A stretch of 64,000 nt of DNA from an uncultured Spirochaetaceae bacterium (GTDB lineage Bacteria; Spirochaetota; Spirochaetia; DSM-27196; SKKC01), in contig CAZMEV010000001.1 in NCBI GenBank assembly GCA_964565375.1, forward strand, positions 1,638 to 65,637. The letters run 5' to 3'. The position numbers were made by a program, and so were the translations under genes. The notes below the pieces were generated by a model. The model saw nothing but the letters and a program-made list of their open reading frames with translations, had not been told where the DNA came from and did no database searches. This document shows, piece by piece, positions 38,301 to 46,089 of the stretch. Each line of letters starts with the position of its first letter. The stretch's first letter is position 1.

Positions 38301-41300
38301 CCCTTGAACGGCTGGAATCGGTGCGCTCCCATGCCGATCAGTTGAAACGCGAGATAGCTGTCACGGGGGGTGGTATCCGTACAGCAAGGGAAAACCTGAG
38401 TCGCGACCTCACGTCCCTGCTTGGACCGGTCGAGTCAGAAATTACTTCGCTGCAAAAGGAAATCGCTTCAGTGGACCAGGCTCTTATCGAAGCAATTGAT
38501 GCATTCGAGCACTCCAATGAGGCGTATCTGCTTCTGCGTGATAATGTGGACGAACGCAGCGACGAAGTAGATCTTGCACGAGTCGAAATGCGTCGTGCTG
38601 AGGCGATTATGGAGTTCGCCTCCAGCGGATACCTTAACCCGGAGTCGCAAGGGCAGCTCGAAGATGACAACGGGGAATTGAGTCAGGCGGTCGATCCTGC
38701 CGACCGGCTGGAAACGGCGCACCGGCGATACGTCAATGCAGCCGCGGTGACTGCCGCTCTCGAACGTCTGCACGAGGAAGGTGTGGCCGATCCCCGGAAC
38801 ATCGATATTGAAGCACATCCGCAATACGCCGCGTATCAGCTGACCTTCAAGTCGTACGAGGAGGTCTACCGGGACCTTCTGTCTGTCGAGGCCCTTGAAG
38901 CACTCTTTAACGATGCCCTGTCGAAACAGGAGAGCATTGTTACCGAGAGATTCGAGGAGGCGAACGAAATTCTGTTTTCGAAAATGGCACCGATCCAACC
39001 GGGAGGAGTGGCCGAAGAGTGGCTGCCTTTCATCGCCTTCGAGCATGATCAAAACAGTGGATTCCCGGGTTTTGCCTTTGGTCTTGAGGCCGGCGCCACC
39101 TCCGGGCTGCACGCCTATGTCGAAGCGGAACACGAACAACCGCGTGCAAGCGATGATCCGGATAAACGCGATATTGAGCGGCACCGTCACGAATGGCTGC
39201 TCGGTGTAGGAGACCTTCTCGCACGCAGAGGCAGCTCGGTGCTTACCGATTGGGGACTGGCAATGTACCATCGGGATCTGCAGCTCTATAACCTCGTTTC
39301 TGAAGCTCTGCGACACAGATCTATCCATAGCAGGGAGTCGACTCAGTCGATCTATGGCGACCAGGAGTATGCTCTCGAGCATTATCTGTGGTCCGAGTAT
39401 GGCACCAGCCTGAACGACTCCCTTGGAATTACCGGTCCTTCGGATATTGCAGGTCGATGGGACGAACTTGAAGCCTTGCACGAGCTTCTCGGTACAGCGG
39501 TCACACCTCCTCGGGATATGCTCAGTGGGGGAATTGCAGACTTTCTCGAAGGCAGTGGGCTCCTTCGCAACGAAATCAAATACGAGAGATTCATTCATCG
39601 GGAGAGTAAGGACGCATATGATCGTGTGATGGCCGATCCGCAGTCACGAAGACTGTTCGAATACTATGCCGGCTTGCATCGGTTGGGTACCGTAGGGGGC
39701 AATTCCGCCGACGGTATTCTCCGCGACACTGCCGAAGCCCAGATGTCCCAATACATCATCCGCACGCTTTCTTCCGAGAGACGCAGACATCGTAACGCAG
39801 CAGACCGGGACCGGCGTCGGGCAAACCGGGCGACGGCGGCCGGGATTGCGACGTTGCCGTGGCCACCCGCCGCCCGGTTCTTCGCTGCCGCAACGGCCCT
39901 GTACGCGACGTCGGCGGGACATGCAGACAATGCCAGGCGTGTCGGTGAAATACGCTCCGACATGCGCCGCAACAGCAGTGCAGCGCGAAACCGGGCGCGT
40001 GATGCTCGAAGACGTTTGCAGCAGGCTGCAGGGGAATATGAGAGGGCATACGCAGAGCTCGTGTATGAGCGTGAACGCCTTGCGGTGCTCCGTGGCAATG
40101 ACAAAGAGCGAGTGGAGCGCATGGAGCCTTCGGATATTTCGGCAAGTATTGAACTTGCGGCCGAGGTTATGGGAGAGAAACTCGCCGACTACCTCGGCGA
40201 TGCGCGGTTTGCCGAGGTGGGTGACGCTGTAACCGCGTTGTTCGGATCATACAGCGAAACTCTCAGCGACGCCGAGCGCGGTTCAACCGCGTCGTTCATC
40301 GCCGCTACACGCAGTGAGCTTCAGCGGGTGCTTTCGCACACGCGCACAGCCCTTGAAGCGGAGGCGCGTTCGGTGCGGAACAGTAATCTTGAAGCCATGA
40401 ACACATATCGACAGCGGTTCAGAGAGTTATCTGTGAGAGGGCACAACCCCGACGAACACTTCGAACCGGCGGAGCTTGTAGAGGACGTTTTAGAAGGTGG
40501 TCTGTTTTCGAAGCGCGAACATGAACGGGCACTCCTGAACGTTCACCATGAACTGTACGGCCGGTTTGATCCACTCAACTACAGACGACTTGCCGAGTTC
40601 GACCGACGGCACATGAAAGCGCTGTCATCCGATCTTCTGCGCCTTGTGGACGGTCGCTACAAGGCCTATCTGGCAGCGCGGGAGAACGAGTTTGAATCAC
40701 TCAGAGATGATCTTGCTACCCGGCAAGCGGAATGGGTGTCGACCATGACAGCGATCAGTGAACGCGGCAGGATGCAATGGCGTGAGAGTGAGCGGCGAAT
40801 GAACCGTTCCCGTGAGCGATGGCTCGAGCGCACAGAATCAGCCTACGAGGCGAGTGTGGATCGGTGGGACGGACGGTATCTCTCTCTCCATGAACGGCGT
40901 GCGGACTGGATCGAGCGTGCGGCCCGGGCTGCCGCCAAGGTCGGAAGTGCGACGGTGCTCGAGTCAATCGGAGCGAGCGCTGAAGAGGCTATTGCAGAGC
41001 TGGAGAGTGCACACATCGGTGCTGTGGATACCGGCGGCGTCGACGCCGACTCACTGGTGGCTGAGGCACTTGGTGGCTATAACTTCGCCGGGATTCTTGC
41101 ACGCGGACGGGTAATGAATGCCTCGATACCTCGGGGGCGGGCGAACATATTTGCCGGACCCGGGGCTGATCGATTTGCTGATGGAGCAGTGCTCCATCGT
41201 ATTCGCCAGGCACGCAGGGCGGACAGTGGAGAGATCGAAAAAGCGGTAAGCCTTGTCAGCGCTGAGCAGGCTCGCAGGCGGTTTGTACAGATTGCCGGGG

Positions 41301-44161
41301 ACATGAAGCAACAGGTCGAACATGCTAACGAACTGGTGGAAACAAATGTCGACCGGATATATACCGGCGCCGGCTGGAGCCTCGCAGGCCCCCGTTTCCG
41401 TCGTAATACACTTATCGGTGACACGGTATTCAGTGGAGCGATACGGGAAAATCACAGCGTCCGTCGATATCGACATTTTAGCGACTATGACTTCGATATC
41501 GAAACCGATCTGAGCCCGGATACCCTGAGTCGAATGAGCGCTCGGGGGATCGAGGCACAACTCGACGCAGCGGTGAGGGAACTTGAGGCTGAGCGGGACA
41601 GGATCTTCGGCGATCCCGATGCCGACGCGCAAACAGTCGCTGAGGCAGGACAGGAAGCCAGGATGGAGCTCGACCGCGGTTGGTTTGCGGGGACCTTCGA
41701 TATTGGTGACGGCAGCAGCACTATTACCAGGCAGGTCGACGCGGTATTGCAGCCTGGACTGTTCGGCGAGCATGTGGGGTATGCCCCGCAGCTTCGCCCG
41801 GATATTGACTTTGACCGCAGCTGGCGGCGCAGCGTGGTGTTCCCTGGAACCGGACAGATGCACCGGCTCATGGGGGAGTTCAGTTATTACGAGGCAATGC
41901 AGGCGGCCGGCTACGGTGAGTTGAATGCAGGACTTCACAATACGCCGCTGTGGCACGGCAGCTACGCTCCTACCATCCGTCAGGTCGCCGACGTGGGTGT
42001 GGGCGTTGCGGGAGCTTTCATGTCCGGCGGTTCAAGTCTCGCGCTCACAATGGGTAGCGCTGCCGCCTGGGGTGCTGTCGATGCGGCAAGCGGAGACGGA
42101 ACGCTCGGGCAGGCTATGCTCGGCGTCATGCAGGCCGGCGCCATAACTGGTGTTAATCATATGTCCGGGCTCGCCGGAGGAGCAGTGGGAGACATAGTCG
42201 GTGCCGATACAATGCTTGGCGGCATGGGCGGAAACCTGACGCGTGCCGCAGTGGCGAATATTGGTAGCGGTGCAGTTCACTCGGTTCGAATCGACGACGT
42301 GAGAGGGCTCGGCTTCTCGACTGATTCGTTTCTCCAAGCCAGTCTTTGCGACCGGGCTCTTGCCGGCTATGGGGGTACTCTCGCAGGCGATCTGGCTGTG
42401 GGGAGGCTGGAAGGATTCTCCGGCACTCATAAGACCGATGTTGAAACCGTTGGTGCAGCTTTCGGTAGCGGTGTGCAGGCCGGCCTGGAGTATGGAATGA
42501 CGGGAAACACGGTTGTAAACATTGCCAACCTGAGAGATGTGGGTTTTCTCGCGGGGCAGGAATGGAACTCCGCCGGGCTCGCCGAGCTACATCTCGGTGA
42601 CGACGGCATGGGAGTTATGGCCGGACGCGGGGGTGTTGATCTCAGTGCAAGCCGTCTTCGGGATGTTTCAACGGGCGTGGGCACATTTGTCGAACAGCAG
42701 CGCATGCGTGTATACGACATGCTGGGTGGAGTGGATGCGGCCGCCGATTACGACGGAACACGACTGGCAGGTACTTCGCTTCGCGCGCTGTACAGCTACG
42801 GAGACTCCGAAGGTCTGAAGCTTCGCGACGCCATACTTCGTGGGGATACCGTGCTTCGTGCAGGCTATGAACAGGATTTCGAGGAAAACGACCTGCACAA
42901 AGCGTTCACTTCGGTCGGCAGTGACGGGGAAACCATTGTATCCATGCGTACGCTCGGAGACCGTGGCCGCGACGGGCTTTCGGGAAGACTTATTGCTGGG
43001 TTAACCATGCAGCATGAGGCGCGACGCGACGGGTATGGTGCCGGGGATACACGTAGTGACGGGACAGTTGTCACCGGCGAAGAGAATACTGCGGAGACCG
43101 AATCTGCTGTATTCGCACGCATGGGTATGGCAGCCCGGATGATGGACGACCGGTATGAGCGCCAGCTCCTATCGAATGATTTTCTGCGAAGTGAGCATGC
43201 CCTGTATGAGGCTGCCAGGCAGACCGATCAGCTCGATGTATTCGGCCGTTACGCGGCAGTAGGGTATGGTTCGGAGGAAGATGATTTTTTCGCCCGCGTA
43301 AGTTCGGATGGAATGTATCAGAACGACTGGAGTATGCGGGAGCTGCTTACTGTTGCGCTGCTCGACGGGCCGCAGCAGCCGGAAATCGATCAATACAACG
43401 AGGCGCATCGAAGAGAACTGTACGAGCAGTATCTGACAGATTACGGCGAAGGCGCGCTGGACTATTCGGATTTTGAAGAAGAGTTGGATTATGATGAATT
43501 TGCTCGACGGTTGAAGGACAGCGATGAACGACTTGTCGAGCGCTATGACTATCAACCTCAGCAGAAGATTGATGTGTGGACATACGGCTGCGCGCTCTAC
43601 TCCCTCGGGTACATGGTCAATAAGGCCACCGGACAGATTCGAAACCCTGTCGAGTTGAATGAAGCAATGCGTGAAAACGGGTACTACAGTTTCAACAGTC
43701 GAGGGCAGGGGACCCTGCTTTCCACCGCGAACATCGTTGCTGCGCTCAACAGCTTCACCGACAGCTCTGTGAGTTTCGAACATGAGCGCAGTGCGTATAA
43801 CCCTGAATACACAGACTTCTCTCAGGCGCACAACAGTGAGGATGAATATTTCGGGTACCTGCGGGTTGCACACCCTGAGCCGGAACTGCGCGATAAATTC
43901 CCGAATGGCATTCACTCGGAAGTAATACACGAAATGGAAACGGTTGTCGGGCCGCGAATGGATCAGGATGTACTTTCGGGCTCCATCTCTACGGCCAATC
44001 CGTGGGATGCCGGACGAGCTGCTCCCGGCAGTTACAGCGAATATATCGGTCGCAGCAGGCGCGAATTCGACGAAATTCAACGCATGGATCTGATACGGGT
44101 GCATCGCCACGAGCCGGAGGAACCGTACTGGTCGCAACTCGGGCTCGACAGCTGGTGGTAA
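32318..44161 (+). CDS. Giant (~3,947 aa) secreted, acidic, helix-rich protein with a C-terminal Gly-rich hydrophobic region and a papain-fold Cys/His domain
   Basis: A single stop-free frame of 11.8 kb. AGGAGGA lies 7 nt upstream of ATG 32318 (TTG 32315 is also in frame). The signal/anchor-like N-terminus is RIAGCALFIVCFIAAPGYG. See the findings for the domain map. Confidence 0.9.
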   Translation: MGSPGRMADWWRSYVNRIAGCALFIVCFIAAPGYGDPLPADTGGGTHLPGDIMPRVELQLSYADRSTDPEEWRRRVASLDDIAAVDVLIEERFAEWLRRRFLEEGDGISPGQLLASVTSANLEYLYYTDAEGGIQRDRAGAPRMRTTAGLADDRAAWQQRANEAIDDAVAAWQQSFEARRARLFADLEGWADPEAVGSALRVSLDGDRARLRREYHAELEAIMRLEEQRFVAKRTRDQWSLRRRSEAETASEISAALIAESEQRLAEGLERLEAALEPAQSGDPAEVAVDAGAWRESFRAQFDAGMRRWDEAEERLIAERVEWERQAGIDLERGEHIWSKAYRELREARAEWQRGLRNIVERGEQQWANEHEALEATIFEARRELERAITERKASARDRIHNLVEMYASARDTLRASLESAEYWVGQLEFSDGSDDAIRERSEVGKLLAAETAGAYQRVAEGFDARYLEPMRTELQDAQEALDTWILDTWIEENPEYVAWRHFVGILPHIPDYPDPPQHLVDEVEAAETELARRESAVEFVDSLVTAGFDIEAFESWAVFDSHEAVGVDTGAMSDVITGWGEDLSESLVETIFSDIFAVFHNRRSASQLLFWSATWDRYVQQAEQAMADLMGTYGVTLVDEPFTPNGDELDIHGIFEAGSWETIYLDDYQIELLKARATEEYWGHQLSIAESVYDYAHDTSSNRPTEAQTMDALEAAREHLEASQSAYEEAVNELEAGGERLAGDRQRMSDLIADIDRMQLRLSEAREEYRTLMDLHLGQNYDFYQRRVAEYFTQLAGIWGLDGDSDGGEEWSALLELRDARAAYEAEYRYVRAWNDIAAVTDEIAEIEYTRWKFASDPEEFEASLSAFHEGDVYTLSVLHEQWREVAHVDPATARLLRIEIEAVAGRADSFAEQNVRELEEGLALLTAPDVEQWLQRSAVPADVLDAYGIHSMRFSDIDELLNAIAEAEAREEAAWLARRAEREAEAVELLLVVLSEFDRMPDGSQLLSQVELHLESSLAGPLDSSPGSDYATGALAATLWASFVDEGQANAPEPDWREQLKSFESVLRELVHVLNSLEALESVDRDAITAAVRPLVEREHYASRFLTGQSVFTGHYDDISRSIAESDRGALAGLTALRRAVERHGDTAPAFIELQANSSRSSLASAFDAAGLLSHIDSEGTVEPRAPGNVSAMLASLSTSELSRWRSETARSLRSAAAGLGQPLQRELLMLLDDAVAMTLAERATSGSPQAYAVEREAAESKIEARRRELQDVHTVVSALRDPQRSARSRLAGVIEWWYGNPAMQEELEATVSVLGESIAVSVAGELALRYDGGFSDRELLTNAAAEEVEAVLERIGAQSLISAYGERFTEKAVSRLELARLRFSDLQTIEWAALDSRQQLFITLSNWEHIPPEEVEAAVAAVNSTAVALIDDFVTSASLSKSDPLPDIDIIEYWMADRYFDGSKAHAEVLLLLDTINDLALTEVYRAGELAEPGLESKAEADVEAEAESEAESSGVFSFLEDELESAGELLSVTADLLTDAAVRAQLINGPDAGYESRRLGLIAEYVERIYAAAEELDGTLEFEAEFPGTLEEVRKTFLLEVYGVSHDNLVSLDTALTHVLRLTAEPVIGDITLGERIADTLGLAGEVSHLTKLATLDGDLADPYRRAVHSGFSEVLEEDVAFRTAGMLGIETDSVSFEDRAKDLYSGSELGIAFEAIRSGRSGKRSGELLHPAGAGARAIQETAFGYTGRLDGGVARFAANAGEDLFDAMRIAAAIETNEAVAIDGYTPGKGTFGDPARLLSAERASAQRRLSAAIPVIEQSLTLQTQAISVALDAAEAEREILAQLQAAARRYESGEFAARSFNNAAYLPDNWETWDITDAGLDATAGEDTYVLATFEVPGDWAGQEYVSRSNAFTRSSARIADLYATSEASLAGSLADVRSGETPATAFHNAFTGQSEESLIDRAAGWLAGTDRPGSVGRSTSLHWETALERLESVRSHADQLKREIAVTGGGIRTARENLSRDLTSLLGPVESEITSLQKEIASVDQALIEAIDAFEHSNEAYLLLRDNVDERSDEVDLARVEMRRAEAIMEFASSGYLNPESQGQLEDDNGELSQAVDPADRLETAHRRYVNAAAVTAALERLHEEGVADPRNIDIEAHPQYAAYQLTFKSYEEVYRDLLSVEALEALFNDALSKQESIVTERFEEANEILFSKMAPIQPGGVAEEWLPFIAFEHDQNSGFPGFAFGLEAGATSGLHAYVEAEHEQPRASDDPDKRDIERHRHEWLLGVGDLLARRGSSVLTDWGLAMYHRDLQLYNLVSEALRHRSIHSRESTQSIYGDQEYALEHYLWSEYGTSLNDSLGITGPSDIAGRWDELEALHELLGTAVTPPRDMLSGGIADFLEGSGLLRNEIKYERFIHRESKDAYDRVMADPQSRRLFEYYAGLHRLGTVGGNSADGILRDTAEAQMSQYIIRTLSSERRRHRNAADRDRRRANRATAAGIATLPWPPAARFFAAATALYATSAGHADNARRVGEIRSDMRRNSSAARNRARDARRRLQQAAGEYERAYAELVYERERLAVLRGNDKERVERMEPSDISASIELAAEVMGEKLADYLGDARFAEVGDAVTALFGSYSETLSDAERGSTASFIAATRSELQRVLSHTRTALEAEARSVRNSNLEAMNTYRQRFRELSVRGHNPDEHFEPAELVEDVLEGGLFSKREHERALLNVHHELYGRFDPLNYRRLAEFDRRHMKALSSDLLRLVDGRYKAYLAARENEFESLRDDLATRQAEWVSTMTAISERGRMQWRESERRMNRSRERWLERTESAYEASVDRWDGRYLSLHERRADWIERAARAAAKVGSATVLESIGASAEEAIAELESAHIGAVDTGGVDADSLVAEALGGYNFAGILARGRVMNASIPRGRANIFAGPGADRFADGAVLHRIRQARRADSGEIEKAVSLVSAEQARRRFVQIAGDMKQQVEHANELVETNVDRIYTGAGWSLAGPRFRRNTLIGDTVFSGAIRENHSVRRYRHFSDYDFDIETDLSPDTLSRMSARGIEAQLDAAVRELEAERDRIFGDPDADAQTVAEAGQEARMELDRGWFAGTFDIGDGSSTITRQVDAVLQPGLFGEHVGYAPQLRPDIDFDRSWRRSVVFPGTGQMHRLMGEFSYYEAMQAAGYGELNAGLHNTPLWHGSYAPTIRQVADVGVGVAGAFMSGGSSLALTMGSAAAWGAVDAASGDGTLGQAMLGVMQAGAITGVNHMSGLAGGAVGDIVGADTMLGGMGGNLTRAAVANIGSGAVHSVRIDDVRGLGFSTDSFLQASLCDRALAGYGGTLAGDLAVGRLEGFSGTHKTDVETVGAAFGSGVQAGLEYGMTGNTVVNIANLRDVGFLAGQEWNSAGLAELHLGDDGMGVMAGRGGVDLSASRLRDVSTGVGTFVEQQRMRVYDMLGGVDAAADYDGTRLAGTSLRALYSYGDSEGLKLRDAILRGDTVLRAGYEQDFEENDLHKAFTSVGSDGETIVSMRTLGDRGRDGLSGRLIAGLTMQHEARRDGYGAGDTRSDGTVVTGEENTAETESAVFARMGMAARMMDDRYERQLLSNDFLRSEHALYEAARQTDQLDVFGRYAAVGYGSEEDDFFARVSSDGMYQNDWSMRELLTVALLDGPQQPEIDQYNEAHRRELYEQYLTDYGEGALDYSDFEEELDYDEFARRLKDSDERLVERYDYQPQQKIDVWTYGCALYSLGYMVNKATGQIRNPVELNEAMRENGYYSFNSRGQGTLLSTANIVAALNSFTDSSVSFEHERSAYNPEYTDFSQAHNSEDEYFGYLRVAHPEPELRDKFPNGIHSEVIHEMETVVGPRMDQDVLSGSISTANPWDAGRAAPGSYSEYIGRSRREFDEIQRMDLIRVHRHEPEEPYWSQLGLDSWW

Positions 44162-44172
44162 GGAGGAGAGGG

Positions 44173-44916
44173 ATGAGCGAAAAGGTGTTTTTGGTAGTAC
44201 TCAGCATGTGGTTTCTGCTGGCGAGCGCCGGTATTGTGCTGGGCGACGAGTATGAGGATCTCTTTGATTCGCACTGGCTGCCGCTGGTGCACGACTGGAC
44301 TCAACAGCTGCATGAACCGCGAGGGGCAGCCTTCCGACAGGTATCCGTTCCTCAGGACCGAAGTATCTATTGGGAGTATAGCGAGGGCAACATTGTCTGG
44401 TCTGAGATCCAACTTCGACGGCGATCGGATGGACGATCACAGAATATTCGGCGGGGTGATGAAGAAATCCTCGAACTTATTTCCGATGGTACACGACTTT
44501 TTGTTCGCGCCGTTGAGGAAGAGAACGGGTTCCCCATCGCAACCTACCAGAGGATCCAGCCAACTGACCGACCCGAGAGCATAGCGGGCGGATGGGATTT
44601 TCGGGGCCGTCCGCTTACCATTGTCGAGGTTCCTTACGCCTCAACGATTGAGGTATTCGTTCTGTATGAAGACGTTCCTGTTGTGGACATTCCAAGGGGG
44701 GCGTATATCGTCGAGCGTGTTGCCGACGGCGTTATACAGGCACAGACGTTCGGCGTTTTTGAGCCCTTCTATATTCTTTTCGACCCCACTGATGCGGAGC
44801 GACTATGGCTGACAACTGAAAAGGACGGTCCGGATATTGAACCCTGGGTCGATCGTTCCGGGCTTACCGTGGCATATCTCAGGAAGCTCGACAGTAGCCG
44901 CATTCAGGACAGGTAA
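44173..44916 (+). CDS. Hypothetical secreted protein immediately downstream of the giant ORF
   Basis: AAGGAGGAG SD, with ATG 44173 lying 11 nt after the giant ORF stop. Signal peptide MSEKVFLVVLSMWFLLASAGIVLG. The ORF-track start at 44002 is a run-on into the giant gene. Confidence 0.6.
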   Translation: MSEKVFLVVLSMWFLLASAGIVLGDEYEDLFDSHWLPLVHDWTQQLHEPRGAAFRQVSVPQDRSIYWEYSEGNIVWSEIQLRRRSDGRSQNIRRGDEEILELISDGTRLFVRAVEEENGFPIATYQRIQPTDRPESIAGGWDFRGRPLTIVEVPYASTIEVFVLYEDVPVVDIPRGAYIVERVADGVIQAQTFGVFEPFYILFDPTDAERLWLTTEKDGPDIEPWVDRSGLTVAYLRKLDSSRIQDR

Positions 44917-45070
44917 AAGCAGACGGGCGACAATTCAACTGAGCAACTTGGAACAGGTGCCAGGTCTTGGGGGCAAAAGCCAGGAGCAGAATAGAGTTTA
45001 TGGTATTTCCACCGGCTGATGACGTGATCCCTTGCTTTGCACCCTGCAGCCTGTGCACTATGGCGGGCGT

Positions 45071-46078
45071 ATGATTCTGGTGAATACCCGCGACGAGGGC
45101 GAACTTTCAAAATATGGAATTCTTGTGCCGGTTATGCCGAAAACCGCCGACCTGGTGCTTGAACACCTTGCCGATGGCATTGGTGCAGATGAACGACCCG
45201 ACTGGATGATAGGTCGAGATCAGACGATCCCTGGACGTGAAGACCTGGTGCGTGCGCATGATCCGGACTACGTCGGGCGCATCATCGATCCGTACCGTCG
45301 GGAGGATGAGCTCAAGCGGGCGTTCGAGCTTATTGCCGAAGACGGGAGCTATCATCGTTACGATCCCTCGCAGGCGGAGGTTCCCCTCGGAAGGCTTGCC
45401 GATCGTCTATTCGATGTCGCCGGTGGCACGATCCAATGTATGCGTCGTGCGATGCTGCAGGGATTCTGCTTCTTTCTCGGTGGCGGGATGCACCATGCCA
45501 TGTATGACTACGGCAGCGGTTTCTGTTTCATAAACGATATCGTGATCGGGGTCAGAGCACTTCAGGCGACCGGAACCATTCGCACCGCATGGATTATCGA
45601 TACGGATGCACACAAGGGGGACGGCACCGCCGCGCTTACTGCCGATGACGAGTCGGTTGTTACCCTGAGCATTCACATGGGCGACAGTTGGCCCATGACT
45701 GAGCCGCGGACGCTTTCGGACGGCAGACCGAATCCTTCCTTTATCGACAGCAACGTAGAGATCCCCGTTTTCGACGGGGAAGAGGCTCAGTACATCCACA
45801 AGCTCAAAGACGGATTGTCCCGGCTTGAGCGCTATCCGCGCCCGGATCTTGTCGTGGTGGTGTATGGAGCTGATCCGTATGAGCACGACGAACTGCCGTC
45901 AACCGCCACATTGCGGCTTTCCCTGGAACAGATGGGGGAGCGCGATGAGCTGGTGTGGGAATTTCTGCGTGACCAGGACGTCCCTGTTGCATATCTGCAT
46001 TCGGGTGGCTACGGGCGGCGTGCCTGGGAGCCTACTGCACAATTCCTGCGTATGCGGACGCAGCGCTCTGAAGGGTAG
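45071..46078 (+). CDS. Histone-deacetylase-family (arginase-fold) deacetylase/amidohydrolase
   Basis: GGGMHHAMYDYGSGFCFINDIVIG and IIDTDAHKGDGT zinc/catalytic motifs, and a late YGADPYEHD. The start could also be TTG 45032. Confidence 0.85.
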   Translation: MILVNTRDEGELSKYGILVPVMPKTADLVLEHLADGIGADERPDWMIGRDQTIPGREDLVRAHDPDYVGRIIDPYRREDELKRAFELIAEDGSYHRYDPSQAEVPLGRLADRLFDVAGGTIQCMRRAMLQGFCFFLGGGMHHAMYDYGSGFCFINDIVIGVRALQATGTIRTAWIIDTDAHKGDGTAALTADDESVVTLSIHMGDSWPMTEPRTLSDGRPNPSFIDSNVEIPVFDGEEAQYIHKLKDGLSRLERYPRPDLVVVVYGADPYEHDELPSTATLRLSLEQMGERDELVWEFLRDQDVPVAYLHSGGYGRRAWEPTAQFLRMRTQRSEG

Positions 46079-46089
46079 GCCTGCTTATT

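Noticed and set aside
32195-44137. Multiple 200-390-aa antisense or out-of-frame ORFs inside the giant gene (for example 32195..33376, 34154..34984, 38468..39598, 41051..41956, 43169..44137)
   Set aside because: None has SD or start support or recognisable motifs, and all are much shorter than the 11.8-kb sense frame. They are expected by chance in GC-rich DNA lacking AT-rich stop codons.
18773-44161. Idea that the giant protein is a type-I-secretion (TolC/MFP-dependent) substrate of the divergent operon
   Set aside because: The operon has RND permeases, not an HlyB-type ABC exporter. The giant protein has an N-terminal Sec-type signal and no RTX (GGxGxD) repeats or obvious C-terminal secretion signal. 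Only a positional or regulatory link is retained as a hypothesis.
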